64,000 nucleotides of DNA from a virus, in the IMG/VR virus record IMGVR_UViG_3300022221_000006, positions 10,180-74,179 of that record, one strand, 5' to 3'. The notes beneath the pieces are model-generated. The model had not been told where the DNA came from. It was given only the letters and a program-made list of their open reading frames with translations, and made no database searches. The position numbers and the translations under genes are program-made. Within the stretch, counting starts at the first letter, position 1, and the number at the start of each line of letters is the position of its first letter. Below are positions 34,385-43,834 of the stretch, piece by piece.

Positions 34385-36658
34385 TTGAGAAAATTGAAAG
34401 CTATGATAAAACAAAAGATAATTCTGACAACAACAAAAAGGATAGCAAAGGAAATTGCACCACAAAACCCCCTAATATATCTAAAAGAACATGATGTCGA
34501 AAAGTATATTAATGAATTAATCTCGACAGTCTATCTGTTCACACGCCCTAAGAAGGGTTCATCGGACCCTCTCTATATGGTTGAAATTATATCGGCTATC
34601 GGACATCGGGTCAGAGGAAAGTTAGGACTTAGAAAAGACTCAGCGTTAGCAGCTAAAACAGGAGCGTTTCTTTTATATACATTCGAAGTACTTAATATCA
34701 TCCATGTTATCCTTGGAGCTGGTAGACGTGGACATAATGCGTACATTGTAGATGTTTTGGACGATGCTACGATAAATGAACTATGGAAGGAGCTAGGTGA
34801 CCGCGAGATCGAGAAGTTACCTGCGCTACAGCCGCATCAGGATTGGAAGCATTCAAGGCATCCTACAGGAATGCTTATGGTAAAAACAGGATGTAAAGAG
34901 ACACTTGAATCACTAACACCTCAAACACATCCTATCGTCTTCAACGTCCTGAACAGAGCTCAACAAGTAGGTTGGCGAATAAATACGGAGATTCATCACT
35001 TACAACAATGGGCACTAAAGTACAAAACAGTCGCCTTTGCAGATATATGGGAACAACAAAACCCTGAAGCGCGTGCTACAAAATTAAGAGAGGCTCGATC
35101 TATTGACTCGATTGCGAGTAAATACCTAGGGACAACCTTCTATCATCTCTATTACTATGACTTCAGAGGTCGTAAGTATGCAGCCACTGCTTATCTACAC
35201 GAACAAGGAAGTGATGTAGCGAAAGGTCTCTTGCTCAGAGATGATAAGAAGCGAATAGGAAAAGAAGGATTTTTCTGGCTACTTGTGAGTATCGCCTCTA
35301 ACTGGGGCGGTGAGAGTGGTCGTGAAGATGGATTGAAAACAGATAAAATACCTCTTGAAGAAAGGTATCAATGGGCGCTCGCAAATGAGGATATTTTATT
35401 GTCCTACGCGAAATCACCTAAAGTGAATCAGGGATGGATGAAAGCTGATAAGCCCTGGCAATTTATAGCAGCGTGTTTTGAGCTAAGGTCTTGTTACCGA
35501 TGGGCTAAGTATGACCATACTAAGCATGATCACCTAAAGGAGGAAATCTATGAATATGAGTCTCATCTTGAGTGCTTTATTGATGGTAGTAACAATGGCT
35601 CTCAGCATCTATGTGCGCTTACACGCGACGAAGTTACGGCTCCTCACGTTAATCTTGTGCCACTTGATTATCCTGGGGACCTCTATAAATATGTTGCAGA
35701 TCATGTTTGGGACAGCTTAGAGGCTCAAGTTAATCTCCTGACAGAAGCTGAAGTTGAAATTTGTGAAAAGTTCATAGATGATCTGGTCGTGCACAAAAAG
35801 CGAATAAACAGTGCGCCCCGTGGTAGCGAAATCAAAAGGCTCCTTGTGGATAAGATACGAAAGTTTAAGGAGGAACATGGACTTTTAATGGTGCTTGTAG
35901 CTCCTGTATTTTGGTTTAGAATCCAGGATGCTAAGGAGAAACGTAAGATTGTGAAGAGAAACACAATGACGCTTCCCTATGGCGGAACACCCTATGGACT
36001 TGGACAACAGATCATTGATGATGCTAAGAAACATGGGATTGAACAACTCCTATATATGGAACATAGCTGGGGCGCTTTCTTAGGAAGAGAAGTATTTAAA
36101 AACTGCCAGGAAGCTCTTAAACGACCTATGCAACTCCTTGATATCTTTGAGAAGGCAGGGAAGCTAGCAGAAGCCGAAGAGAGATTCTTAAAATGGACTG
36201 TACCAATAACAAACTTCCCGGTAGTGCAGCACTACACGGAAGGTCGTGTGAAGAAGATATGGGTTCAGTACGGACCGCCTAAAGGAACCAGAAATTCAAC
36301 AGGTTACTTTACAAACACCTTACAATTGCATATTTGCTTTGTAGAAGATCCACAACCATCGAAGCGCAAACAAGCACAGGGAGCTTCTCCTAATGCCATT
36401 CACAGCCTAGATGCAGCACACTTAATGCTTACAGTAGATGAGGCACCTTTTCCAATAACAACTGTTCATGATTCTTTTGGATGTTTGTTAGCTGATATGC
36501 CTGAACTGTACAAACTAATACGTGAAACATTCGTAGAACTCCATGAGGTCAATCCACTCTATTCATTGTTTGAACAGATAGGAGGCGACATCTCAGACGT
36601 TGATCTGGGGAATCTTGATATCAATTTGATACTTGATTCAGAATATTGTTTTTCATAG
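34385..36658 (+). CDS. T7-family single-subunit DNA-directed RNA polymerase (non-virion)
   Basis: YYDFRGRKY, motif A IDGSNNGSQH, motif B RKIVKRNTMTLPYG, SPNAIHSLDAAH, motif C VHDSFG. Confidence 0.95.
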   Translation: MRKLKAMIKQKIILTTTKRIAKEIAPQNPLIYLKEHDVEKYINELISTVYLFTRPKKGSSDPLYMVEIISAIGHRVRGKLGLRKDSALAAKTGAFLLYTFEVLNIIHVILGAGRRGHNAYIVDVLDDATINELWKELGDREIEKLPALQPHQDWKHSRHPTGMLMVKTGCKETLESLTPQTHPIVFNVLNRAQQVGWRINTEIHHLQQWALKYKTVAFADIWEQQNPEARATKLREARSIDSIASKYLGTTFYHLYYYDFRGRKYAATAYLHEQGSDVAKGLLLRDDKKRIGKEGFFWLLVSIASNWGGESGREDGLKTDKIPLEERYQWALANEDILLSYAKSPKVNQGWMKADKPWQFIAACFELRSCYRWAKYDHTKHDHLKEEIYEYESHLECFIDGSNNGSQHLCALTRDEVTAPHVNLVPLDYPGDLYKYVADHVWDSLEAQVNLLTEAEVEICEKFIDDLVVHKKRINSAPRGSEIKRLLVDKIRKFKEEHGLLMVLVAPVFWFRIQDAKEKRKIVKRNTMTLPYGGTPYGLGQQIIDDAKKHGIEQLLYMEHSWGAFLGREVFKNCQEALKRPMQLLDIFEKAGKLAEAEERFLKWTVPITNFPVVQHYTEGRVKKIWVQYGPPKGTRNSTGYFTNTLQLHICFVEDPQPSKRKQAQGASPNAIHSLDAAHLMLTVDEAPFPITTVHDSFGCLLADMPELYKLIRETFVELHEVNPLYSLFEQIGGDISDVDLGNLDINLILDSEYCFS

Positions 36659-36670
36659 GAAACGTAACGA

Positions 36671-37315
36671 ATGAAGCAAATCAAACACACGCGTGAATTA
36701 AACAAAGAGGAGCTAGGACCTCTATATGACTATATCCTAGGGCTGAATGAACAGCTGCCTCTGGATATTGAGCTTGGACTTTATATCGAAATGGATCAAT
36801 ACCTGGGAGGCGACCTGTTTATTGTCGACAACGTTCGAGACTTTCGTCTGATAGGTGCCGCAGGTCTGGTAGATAGTCTGGATTTCTTAACCGAACCAAA
36901 TCTTGCAACTGTGCCCCAGGCGTATGATCACGCAGAATATATCCTGGAAGGAGCCTACGCGGTCTTATGGGTTTTGTGCAATAATGCAGGAGGACCGAAC
37001 TTTATTATCCCTCGTTACTTTGCGCAGATGGAACCTAATGTACATCGTTCAATACGTCTCACTGAGAATTCATTGGCAGCTGACGTAGTCCCTGATAAAG
37101 AGACTGAAAGAGAAGTGATAGTTGAAAGTCACGAGGAGCCTTCTGACGAAGTTATAGACTCTCGAAAAGAAAGAGCGATGGATGATGGACCTGATTATGA
37201 AGATGGACCTGAGTTTGAAGGATATGAAGAGCGTTGTGACAATGACGCATCTGACCCTTTCGAAGGAATGAGCGATAGAAACGAAGAGGATCAAAAGACT
37301 GATCCCGAACTATAA
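36671..37315 (+). CDS. Hypothetical acidic protein
   Basis: AGGA SD; very acidic C-terminus. Confidence 0.7.
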   Translation: MKQIKHTRELNKEELGPLYDYILGLNEQLPLDIELGLYIEMDQYLGGDLFIVDNVRDFRLIGAAGLVDSLDFLTEPNLATVPQAYDHAEYILEGAYAVLWVLCNNAGGPNFIIPRYFAQMEPNVHRSIRLTENSLAADVVPDKETEREVIVESHEEPSDEVIDSRKERAMDDGPDYEDGPEFEGYEERCDNDASDPFEGMSDRNEEDQKTDPEL

Positions 37316-37318
37316 GCA

Positions 37319-37528
37319 ATGATGCTGATAACACGAAAAGATCCATTCACCGGCGTAGTGAATGAGATGACACTTGATATTACTCGCAAACAATTGGACA
37401 GATGGGAGAAAGGAGGAGAACTGATACAGAATGTATTTCCAACTTTGTCCCCTGATGAACGCGAATTTCTCATGACTGGAATAACACCAGATTCGTGGGA
37501 TGAACACTTAGGTAATGATCAAGAATGA
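37319..37528 (+). CDS. Small phage hypothetical protein
   Basis: G.LIQ..FP.LSPDEREFLMTGITP..W pattern typical of small phage proteins. Confidence 0.7.
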   Translation: MMLITRKDPFTGVVNEMTLDITRKQLDRWEKGGELIQNVFPTLSPDEREFLMTGITPDSWDEHLGNDQE

Positions 37529-38139
37529 GTAGAACAATAATAGTAGAGAACTGTGAACTTTGGTACTGTAAACTGGACCCAAAGTTCCCCAATAAAAAGT
37601 TCAGCAAAAAGAATCCGGCTTGGGAAATACAAATCCGGACAAAAGTAAAAGAGGTCGCTGATTTATGGCGGGAATCAGACCTCCGCGTCAAAAGGATTAT
37701 TCCTGAAGATGCTGATGAGAATCCAATCATTGAGGATGCTTATTGGCGTGTGAATCTCAGGAAACGATCCATCAAGGCCGATGGAGACCCAGCAAATCCA
37801 GTGGATGTTGTCGATGGTAATCTAGACGAGATCGATGCAAGATCGTTAGGAAACGGTTCAGTCGGAAACCTTCGTATCTTTCAATATGAATACGAGAATG
37901 ACGACGATGATAAAGGTATTGCAAACATGCTCATGGGTATCCAGGTAACAAAGCATGTTGTGTACAAACCTAAAGAACAGGCGGCTTTTGGTCAAACTAC
38001 GACTGAAGTCATAACGCCAGTTGAAGACCCAGATGAGAAAGAAAATCCCTGGGATAGTTCTGACGATGAGTCAGAAGATGCTAAAGAAAAGAAACCTATT
38101 AAAGTGGGATCGAAAGACGATGAGACTAAAGACTTCTAA
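37525..38139 (+). CDS. Single-stranded DNA-binding protein (T7 gp2.5-like)
   Basis: OB-like core with LGNGS.G....L.GIQV; acidic tail ending in Phe. Confidence 0.75.
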   Translation: MSRTIIVENCELWYCKLDPKFPNKKFSKKNPAWEIQIRTKVKEVADLWRESDLRVKRIIPEDADENPIIEDAYWRVNLRKRSIKADGDPANPVDVVDGNLDEIDARSLGNGSVGNLRIFQYEYENDDDDKGIANMLMGIQVTKHVVYKPKEQAAFGQTTTEVITPVEDPDEKENPWDSSDDESEDAKEKKPIKVGSKDDETKDF

Positions 38140-38202
38140 AGTCTAGCTCGTTATCTCGATGCCTGCTAAAATACATACTGTAAAATGCACCTAAAAGGCA
38201 TG

Positions 38203-38218
38203 CCGGAATCGTAACCGG
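38203..38218 (+). repeat. CCGG-A(2-3 nt)(C/A)GTAA-CCGG hairpin element, copy 1
   Basis: CCGGAATCGTAACCGG preceded by an ATGCCT...AGGCAT stem. Confidence 0.65.
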
Positions 38219-38255
38219 TAAATTTAATTAAATCAATTAAAGCAGGAAAATACGA

Positions 38256-38756
38256 ATGAGTGAATATAAAATATGCTTTATCAAGGGTGATGAAGTATTA
38301 AGAACTGTAAAGGCAACCTGTCTCGAAGGTATCAAAGCTTCAGATGTCCAGGGAAAGAAACGTGTCGAAGTCTACGAGACGGTATCAAGAAAAGAATATC
38401 ATGTCGCAACCATCGTAGGATCGATTTCGTTGAATTTCTGGAAGTCAAAGTTGGCTACGCCAGACCTGCCGAGCGACGAAAAAGACAATCTAGCAATAAA
38501 TCCTGGACATTACCAGGGATACATTGCCGATATGCAATGGTGGGAGACGGAGCAGTATCTTGCAAAGGATTTTCAAAGTGTCTCTCTCAATCAGGTACGT
38601 AAGTACATTGCGCGAGTCGGTAAGAAGGATGATGAGCTGCAGGAGCTTTTAAAGGCAAAATGGTATCTTGACTTCCAAATTGCGAAGATGATCAATAACA
38701 ATGAACCTATTCGAGTTGCAGATGTCCAATCGCTGATTGCCAGCTATAAGGTATAA
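38256..38756 (+). CDS. DUF3310 / T7 gp1.7-like domain protein
   Basis: INPGHY...KYIARVGKKD...LLKAKWYLD. Confidence 0.75.
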   Translation: MSEYKICFIKGDEVLRTVKATCLEGIKASDVQGKKRVEVYETVSRKEYHVATIVGSISLNFWKSKLATPDLPSDEKDNLAINPGHYQGYIADMQWWETEQYLAKDFQSVSLNQVRKYIARVGKKDDELQELLKAKWYLDFQIAKMINNNEPIRVADVQSLIASYKV

Positions 38757-38769
38757 CACCTAGGAGGCT

Positions 38770-38952
38770 GTGATGATCAGTGACGACAGAAAAGCTTTTG
38801 AAGAATGGATACAGAAACCGCCTTATGAGGAAAATACTCCGAGATACACAGAAAAGGATAGCTGGCCTGGTCAATACCAGAGTATCAATGTGCAACTCGC
38901 ATGGGAGGCTTGGCAAGCGGGTCAAAACTTAGGACATGCAGGAGAAAACTAA
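38770..38952 (+). CDS. Hypothetical protein
   Basis: GGAGG SD; R..FE.W...Y....VQLAWEAWQA phage motif. Confidence 0.7.
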   Translation: MMISDDRKAFEEWIQKPPYEENTPRYTEKDSWPGQYQSINVQLAWEAWQAGQNLGHAGEN

Positions 38953-40958
38953 TGTTCAGACTGGTTTTTGATATTGAAGGCGATGGGTTCCTAAGAGATG
39001 TAACACGGATGTGGACGATCATTATCCATAACTTAACCACAGGCGAGCGCGTGGAATTCCTTGAGAATGACCTAGGCTGGCAGGATTATTTTAATAATAA
39101 TGTGGGGATTGTAGTTGGGCATAACATTTTAGGATATGATGTTCCTGTCCTAGAAAAACTCTTTGGGTATAAATTCCCAAAAGAAACTCAATTTCATGAC
39201 ACGCTTTTGATGTCACAGATTCTTGACTACCGGCGATTCGGCTACCAAGGGCACTCACTAGCGGTGTGGGGTAAATCACTAAATTATCCAAAAATTGACT
39301 TCCACGACTTCTCAAAATGGACTCCTGAGATGTCTAAGTATTGTCACCAAGACGTAAATCTTAACGTTGAGGTGTATAAAATTCTAATACAAGAATATTA
39401 TGATTTGTTTGACAAACTTGAGAAAGATGAGGGAACAGGTCATAGAATAAAAACATTTCTTCAGGCTGAACATGCTGCCACTACTTGGCAAGCTCAGGCT
39501 GAATTGCACGGCTGGCCCTTCGACAAAGAAGGAGCTATTGAACTCTTCGGTAAGTTAGAGGAGGAACTGACTGAAATTCGGGATAAATTAGAAGGAGTCT
39601 TAGGCTCAAAGTCAATTGCAATCGACAAGGTAAAAGGAATTGTGCCTCACAAAGAACCTAAGTGGGTTGCTACAGGGTACTATCATGCACATACTGCGCA
39701 GTGGTTTGGTATCGATCCTCGCTGCGGTTCTGATCTTTCTACAAAAGAGGCTCGTATGATCATAGCCTCCGGCGAATATGAGGAGGAAGATGAAATAATG
39801 AAGATGGCTCAGGCTATCCTGACGCATGGTGAGCGACCGATTACAGGCCCGTATTGTAGAGTAGACTTCCAGAAACTAAAGTTAAGCTCTGTCGCAGATG
39901 TTAAAATTTATCTATATCGACATGGATGGGAACCCTCCGAATGGAACACTAAATGGAATCCTGCTACTAAAAAGAATGAAAACACTTCACCTAAAATCAT
40001 TGATGACGATCTCGATCTTTTAGGCGAAAACGGAAGGTTGTATCGAGCCTTTACAACAGCAGAATCTCGATACAGTATAGTAAAAACATGGATTGAAAAC
40101 GTTGATGACAATGGAATGCTTCATGGAAACTCAAGGATGATAGGAACGCCGAGTATGCGCGCTACACACCAGATCATTGTAAATGTACCCTCTGGAGAGC
40201 TTAAGGATGATGGAACTCCTGTTAGTAAATGGGGTCCTGAGATGAGAGCCTTGTTTAGGTCAAAGCCAGGCTGGAAATGCATAGGATGTGATTCAAAAGG
40301 CAACCAGGCGCGAGGTCTCGCACACTATCTAGGAGATCAGGAGTTTATAGACGTAATCCTGCACGGTGATATTCATGCATACAACGCCGTTAAATTAACC
40401 GAAGCATTGTCGAAGATGGGTGTACAGCACACGGTACCAAGAAGTGCCGCAAAGAGAATCCTGTATGCCTTCCTATTTGGAGCTTCAGGTAAGAAGCTGT
40501 GGAGCTATATATTTGGCACCTTCAATGCAACTAAAGGAAATAAGTTAAAAAAGGAGTTTATTAAAGCAGTACCTGGGTTTGAAGACCTTAACAAAAAGCT
40601 GGAGAATATCTATGGAAGCACCTCAAAGTTTGGATACGGCTACATTCCTTCAATGGTTGGTAATAGAATTTATGTTGATTCTTTTCATAAACTTCTTGTA
40701 TATTTACTACAATCCCTTGAAAAGATTACATGTAGCACTGCGGTTATGCTCACTATGCAGCGTCTGGAGGAAGAAAGTATTCCATACATCCCTCTCATCT
40801 ACTATCATGATGAGGAGGATTTCATGGTACCAGAAGAATTTGCAGAACGTGCAGCTGAAATAGGTTCAGGCGCCTTCAAGGATGCGGCGCTCCTATATGA
40901 TATCAAAATAATGGATGGTGATGCAAAGATCGGCGACAGCTGGCTAGATATTCATTAA
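38952..40958 (+). CDS. Family A DNA polymerase with 3'-5' exonuclease (T7 gp5-like)
   Basis: Exonuclease FDIEGD, GHNILGYD, YCHQDV. Polymerase motif A CDSKGNQAR, motif B RSAAKRILYAFLFG, motif C YHDE. Confidence 0.95.
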   Translation: MFRLVFDIEGDGFLRDVTRMWTIIIHNLTTGERVEFLENDLGWQDYFNNNVGIVVGHNILGYDVPVLEKLFGYKFPKETQFHDTLLMSQILDYRRFGYQGHSLAVWGKSLNYPKIDFHDFSKWTPEMSKYCHQDVNLNVEVYKILIQEYYDLFDKLEKDEGTGHRIKTFLQAEHAATTWQAQAELHGWPFDKEGAIELFGKLEEELTEIRDKLEGVLGSKSIAIDKVKGIVPHKEPKWVATGYYHAHTAQWFGIDPRCGSDLSTKEARMIIASGEYEEEDEIMKMAQAILTHGERPITGPYCRVDFQKLKLSSVADVKIYLYRHGWEPSEWNTKWNPATKKNENTSPKIIDDDLDLLGENGRLYRAFTTAESRYSIVKTWIENVDDNGMLHGNSRMIGTPSMRATHQIIVNVPSGELKDDGTPVSKWGPEMRALFRSKPGWKCIGCDSKGNQARGLAHYLGDQEFIDVILHGDIHAYNAVKLTEALSKMGVQHTVPRSAAKRILYAFLFGASGKKLWSYIFGTFNATKGNKLKKEFIKAVPGFEDLNKKLENIYGSTSKFGYGYIPSMVGNRIYVDSFHKLLVYLLQSLEKITCSTAVMLTMQRLEEESIPYIPLIYYHDEEDFMVPEEFAERAAEIGSGAFKDAALLYDIKIMDGDAKIGDSWLDIH

Positions 40959-40999
40959 TCTAGGGAAACTAAATTTGAACCTTTTTAACAGGACATTTT

Positions 41000-41248
41000 G
41001 TGGCTAAATTTAAAAAAGTACGCAAGGCTCGACTTTTCAGGGCACTTGCAATAAAACTTACGATGATGCGATCGTACAAGCACATGTACCCAGCACCTAT
41101 GCGTCTCAAGCTCATTGAAGCGATAAATGAGTTAGGGAACTCGGGACATCGTATTCGTATGGACCTCTATCGAAAGCTCACTGAGCCAGTTCTCAAAGAT
41201 GAGTTTTACAGGCCTCTCCGCGTGGCGTACCACAAGCGCGGGCGTTAA
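41000..41248 (+). CDS. Basic hypothetical protein
   Basis: AGGA SD, GTG start, Arg/Lys-rich. Confidence 0.6.
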   Translation: MAKFKKVRKARLFRALAIKLTMMRSYKHMYPAPMRLKLIEAINELGNSGHRIRMDLYRKLTEPVLKDEFYRPLRVAYHKRGR

Positions 41249-41327
41249 ATCCAACAGTTCGTATAAAAGTTGGTCACACTCCAGGTATGCTCTGGAATTG
41301 TGTAAGAAGCTATCGCTAGCAACGATG

Positions 41328-41343
41328 CCGGAAAAGTAACCGT
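41328..41343 (+). repeat. CCGG hairpin element, copy 2
   Basis: ATCG-CTAGCAA-CGAT stem followed by CCGGAAAAGTAACCGT. Confidence 0.6.
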
Positions 41344-41525
41344 GCTTTTAACCAGGAAACTATTTGGAGGAAATAATATGCCTGAATAATAAGTAACTGC
41401 AACGAAGTGCAGCTCTCTAAAACAAATACTACTAGCTAGCATAGGGCGCAATCCACAGGGGATATCTATGCAGAAACACCTACCAAAAATCTCATGCGAT
41501 GTCTAGAAAATCCCGCGCTGACATC

Positions 41526-41542
41526 CCGGATAACGTAACCGG
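41526..41542 (+). repeat. CCGG hairpin element, copy 3
   Basis: GATGTC...GACATC stem followed by CCGGATAACGTAACCGG. Confidence 0.65.
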
Positions 41543-41577
41543 GGCTAATCAATTATACAATCCGTATGGAGAGCATT

Positions 41578-42333
41578 ATGGCTGAAAATGTAGATGATGG
41601 CGGCTTTTCGTCAATTCTATCAAATAACAGAGAGAGGATGGATGAAATATCAACTCTCAAAAATAGCAAGGTAACAGGAAAGGCTCGCAATGTTGGGTTC
41701 GGCATTATTCTTATTGGGATTCTCCTAATGTTTATTGTCTTTGCAGCCCAAATTATCACAGGAATGTTTGCTCTGGTTCTTACACTAGTTGTAAGTGTCG
41801 GCGGGTTTCTGGGACTCCGGTGGTTGAAAACAATGGATCCTCTCATTCGACAGAAGACATTGAATATGCGCCTGGAGAAGATGATAGGAGAAGCCAGGGA
41901 GAGGGCGATGGAGCAGTTGCAGAATCAGGTGATGAAGAATGCTGATCGTCTGGCAAATGCGAAGGAAGCGATTATTAAAGTAGGAGCACTTATTAATAAG
42001 ATGGAAAGTAAAATAAATCCTGCCGACGCTGGCTCTGCAAAGCACACTAAAAAGCTTAAAATGAAAGCAAAGATAGAAGAAGCTCACGATGCTATGAAAC
42101 AAAACTATGTAGCAGCGCAGGACGCCGATCTTGCCTTTAAAGCAAAAGTACATGAGTACCGTGAAATGGATGAATTTGCAGATATCGTTTCAGACGCACA
42201 GTCTATAATGAATTCAGCAGCAGACGGTGAGCTGGAAGAACTTCTATCACTGGAAGCTTTCGGACAGATCGAAACTAACTTTCATACTGCGGTAAGCTCT
42301 TTAGAAGCTTCTGCACTAGAATTTAAAGGGTAA
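41578..42333 (+). CDS. Two-TM membrane-anchored coiled-coil protein
   Basis: Two TM helices followed by a long heptad region. Confidence 0.7.
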   Translation: MAENVDDGGFSSILSNNRERMDEISTLKNSKVTGKARNVGFGIILIGILLMFIVFAAQIITGMFALVLTLVVSVGGFLGLRWLKTMDPLIRQKTLNMRLEKMIGEARERAMEQLQNQVMKNADRLANAKEAIIKVGALINKMESKINPADAGSAKHTKKLKMKAKIEEAHDAMKQNYVAAQDADLAFKAKVHEYREMDEFADIVSDAQSIMNSAADGELEELLSLEAFGQIETNFHTAVSSLEASALEFKG

Positions 42334-42336
42334 CAC

Positions 42337-42489
42337 ATGGGTAAGTCAACAGATATTCAATCATCTACACGTTGGATGTTGATCATCATTGGAATAGGTC
42401 TGGCGGCAATTGTGCTGGTAGGGCTCTCTAATGCATTTATCGGCGGATCATCTTCGCCATCCTCTTCAACTGAAGAACCATTGTTCTAA
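42337..42489 (+). CDS. Small single-TM protein (50 aa, below cutoff)
   Basis: MGKSTDIQSSTRWMLIIIGIGLAAIVLVGL...; exactly fills the gap. Confidence 0.6.
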   Translation: MGKSTDIQSSTRWMLIIIGIGLAAIVLVGLSNAFIGGSSSPSSSTEEPLF

Positions 42490-42498
42490 GGTATTACT

Positions 42499-43446
42499 AT
42501 GAAAAAATCAAGAAAAATGTTAACAGCATTCTGTGTAGCAGCGATGCTTATTGCGAATGTTCATGCAGGACAAACACTCCGTATCGGTACAGGTTCTGAA
42601 GCCGGTACATATTTCCCTCTAGGAAACGATATCAAGGATTTCTGTGGAGGTGCTACAAGCAAGGAACTCGATGTACAGGTCAGTGGCGGCGCCATTGATA
42701 ACTTGTTGGGACTCATCGAAAAGAGATACGATGCAGGTATTGTTCAGATCGATGTGTTGAAGTTTTATGAAACAAAAATAATGCCAACAAAAGTGAATGA
42801 AAACAGACTCAAGGTTGTAATGGGACTGCACGCTGAGTCGGGACACCTTCTGATTCCAAAAGGCTATAAACCATCAGGAGGCGGCTTTGGGAGTCTTCTT
42901 TCTAGCATAGGCGAAAATATTGGCGTCAATGATAAGAAAGGTATTAGTATCGATCTTATCAAAGGTCAAGAAGTAGCCGCCTGGGGAGGGAGCACGCTTA
43001 GTTTAAAGGCTTTAAGTTCTTTCCTGAAACTAGGAGTCAAGCCTGTTGATATAAAGAAAGGTCAGGCTGTGAATATGCCGATTCTTGTTATTGAAGGACA
43101 GCCTAGTTCTGTTGTACAGGGATACCTTGACAGTGGTAAATATACGTTGGTCCCGATAGATCCTACAAGCGTGTCATCTGTTGCGCCTTTTTACTCTGCA
43201 ACAACATTGACGTATATGTCAAAGGGCAAACAGTTCTCTGTGAAATCTTTTGCAGTGCGGGCTGTCTTAATAGGGAAGGCTTCAAGGAAAGCCGAAAGGA
43301 ATGTAGCGTTCTCTGAACTAGCGACATGCCTCTCTAGTAGTTTAGAGGACCTTGCAGACGATTCAGCTACAAACCCGAATTGGGAAACGATCTTCGAACT
43401 TGTAGATGAAGGTCAAATCAATTGGGGCTATTTCCCACTCCTTTAG
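42499..43446 (+). CDS. TAXI-family TRAP-type periplasmic solute-binding protein
   Basis: Signal peptide; LRIGTGSEAGTYFPLG, SGGAIDNL, DAGIVQID, LH.E..HL. Confidence 0.8.
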   Translation: MKKSRKMLTAFCVAAMLIANVHAGQTLRIGTGSEAGTYFPLGNDIKDFCGGATSKELDVQVSGGAIDNLLGLIEKRYDAGIVQIDVLKFYETKIMPTKVNENRLKVVMGLHAESGHLLIPKGYKPSGGGFGSLLSSIGENIGVNDKKGISIDLIKGQEVAAWGGSTLSLKALSSFLKLGVKPVDIKKGQAVNMPILVIEGQPSSVVQGYLDSGKYTLVPIDPTSVSSVAPFYSATTLTYMSKGKQFSVKSFAVRAVLIGKASRKAERNVAFSELATCLSSSLEDLADDSATNPNWETIFELVDEGQINWGYFPLL

Positions 43447-43461
43447 AAAACATAACTACGG

Positions 43462-43491
43462 AGAGCCGCTGATAAGGGCGGCTCTTTCTTT
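43462..43491 (+). terminator. Intrinsic terminator
   Basis: AGAGCCGC-TGATAAGG-GCGGCTCT followed by TTCTTT. Confidence 0.75.
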
Positions 43492-43512
43492 AATAAATCA
43501 TTGAGAAATAAA

Positions 43513-43833
43513 ATGGCTGAATATTTAGATGAACACGTGGATTTACTAATGATAACTTTCGGAACACAAGAAGGTATCTTTAAGGATGGTATCCCGAAAT
43601 TGATCAAGGCAATTGTAGCAAACAATCCTGCGTGGTTTGTTGGTCCTGCTCTTCTTATACACTACTCATGGGTGCCGGTAATCAAGGATAGAATTAGTAC
43701 AGAAGGAGGGCGTATCTTCTTCGACGGTATGCAAATGATACCTACTGAGCAGGTTGAGGAATTTACAATAGCGCTTGTTGATGCAGGGACGGTATCGGAA
43801 GAGCCATCAGAAAACCCTAAGGAGCACCATTGA
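43513..43833 (+). CDS. Hypothetical protein
   Basis: Packed + strand ORF. Confidence 0.6.
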   Translation: MAEYLDEHVDLLMITFGTQEGIFKDGIPKLIKAIVANNPAWFVGPALLIHYSWVPVIKDRISTEGGRIFFDGMQMIPTEQVEEFTIALVDAGTVSEEPSENPKEHH

Positions 43834-43834
43834 G

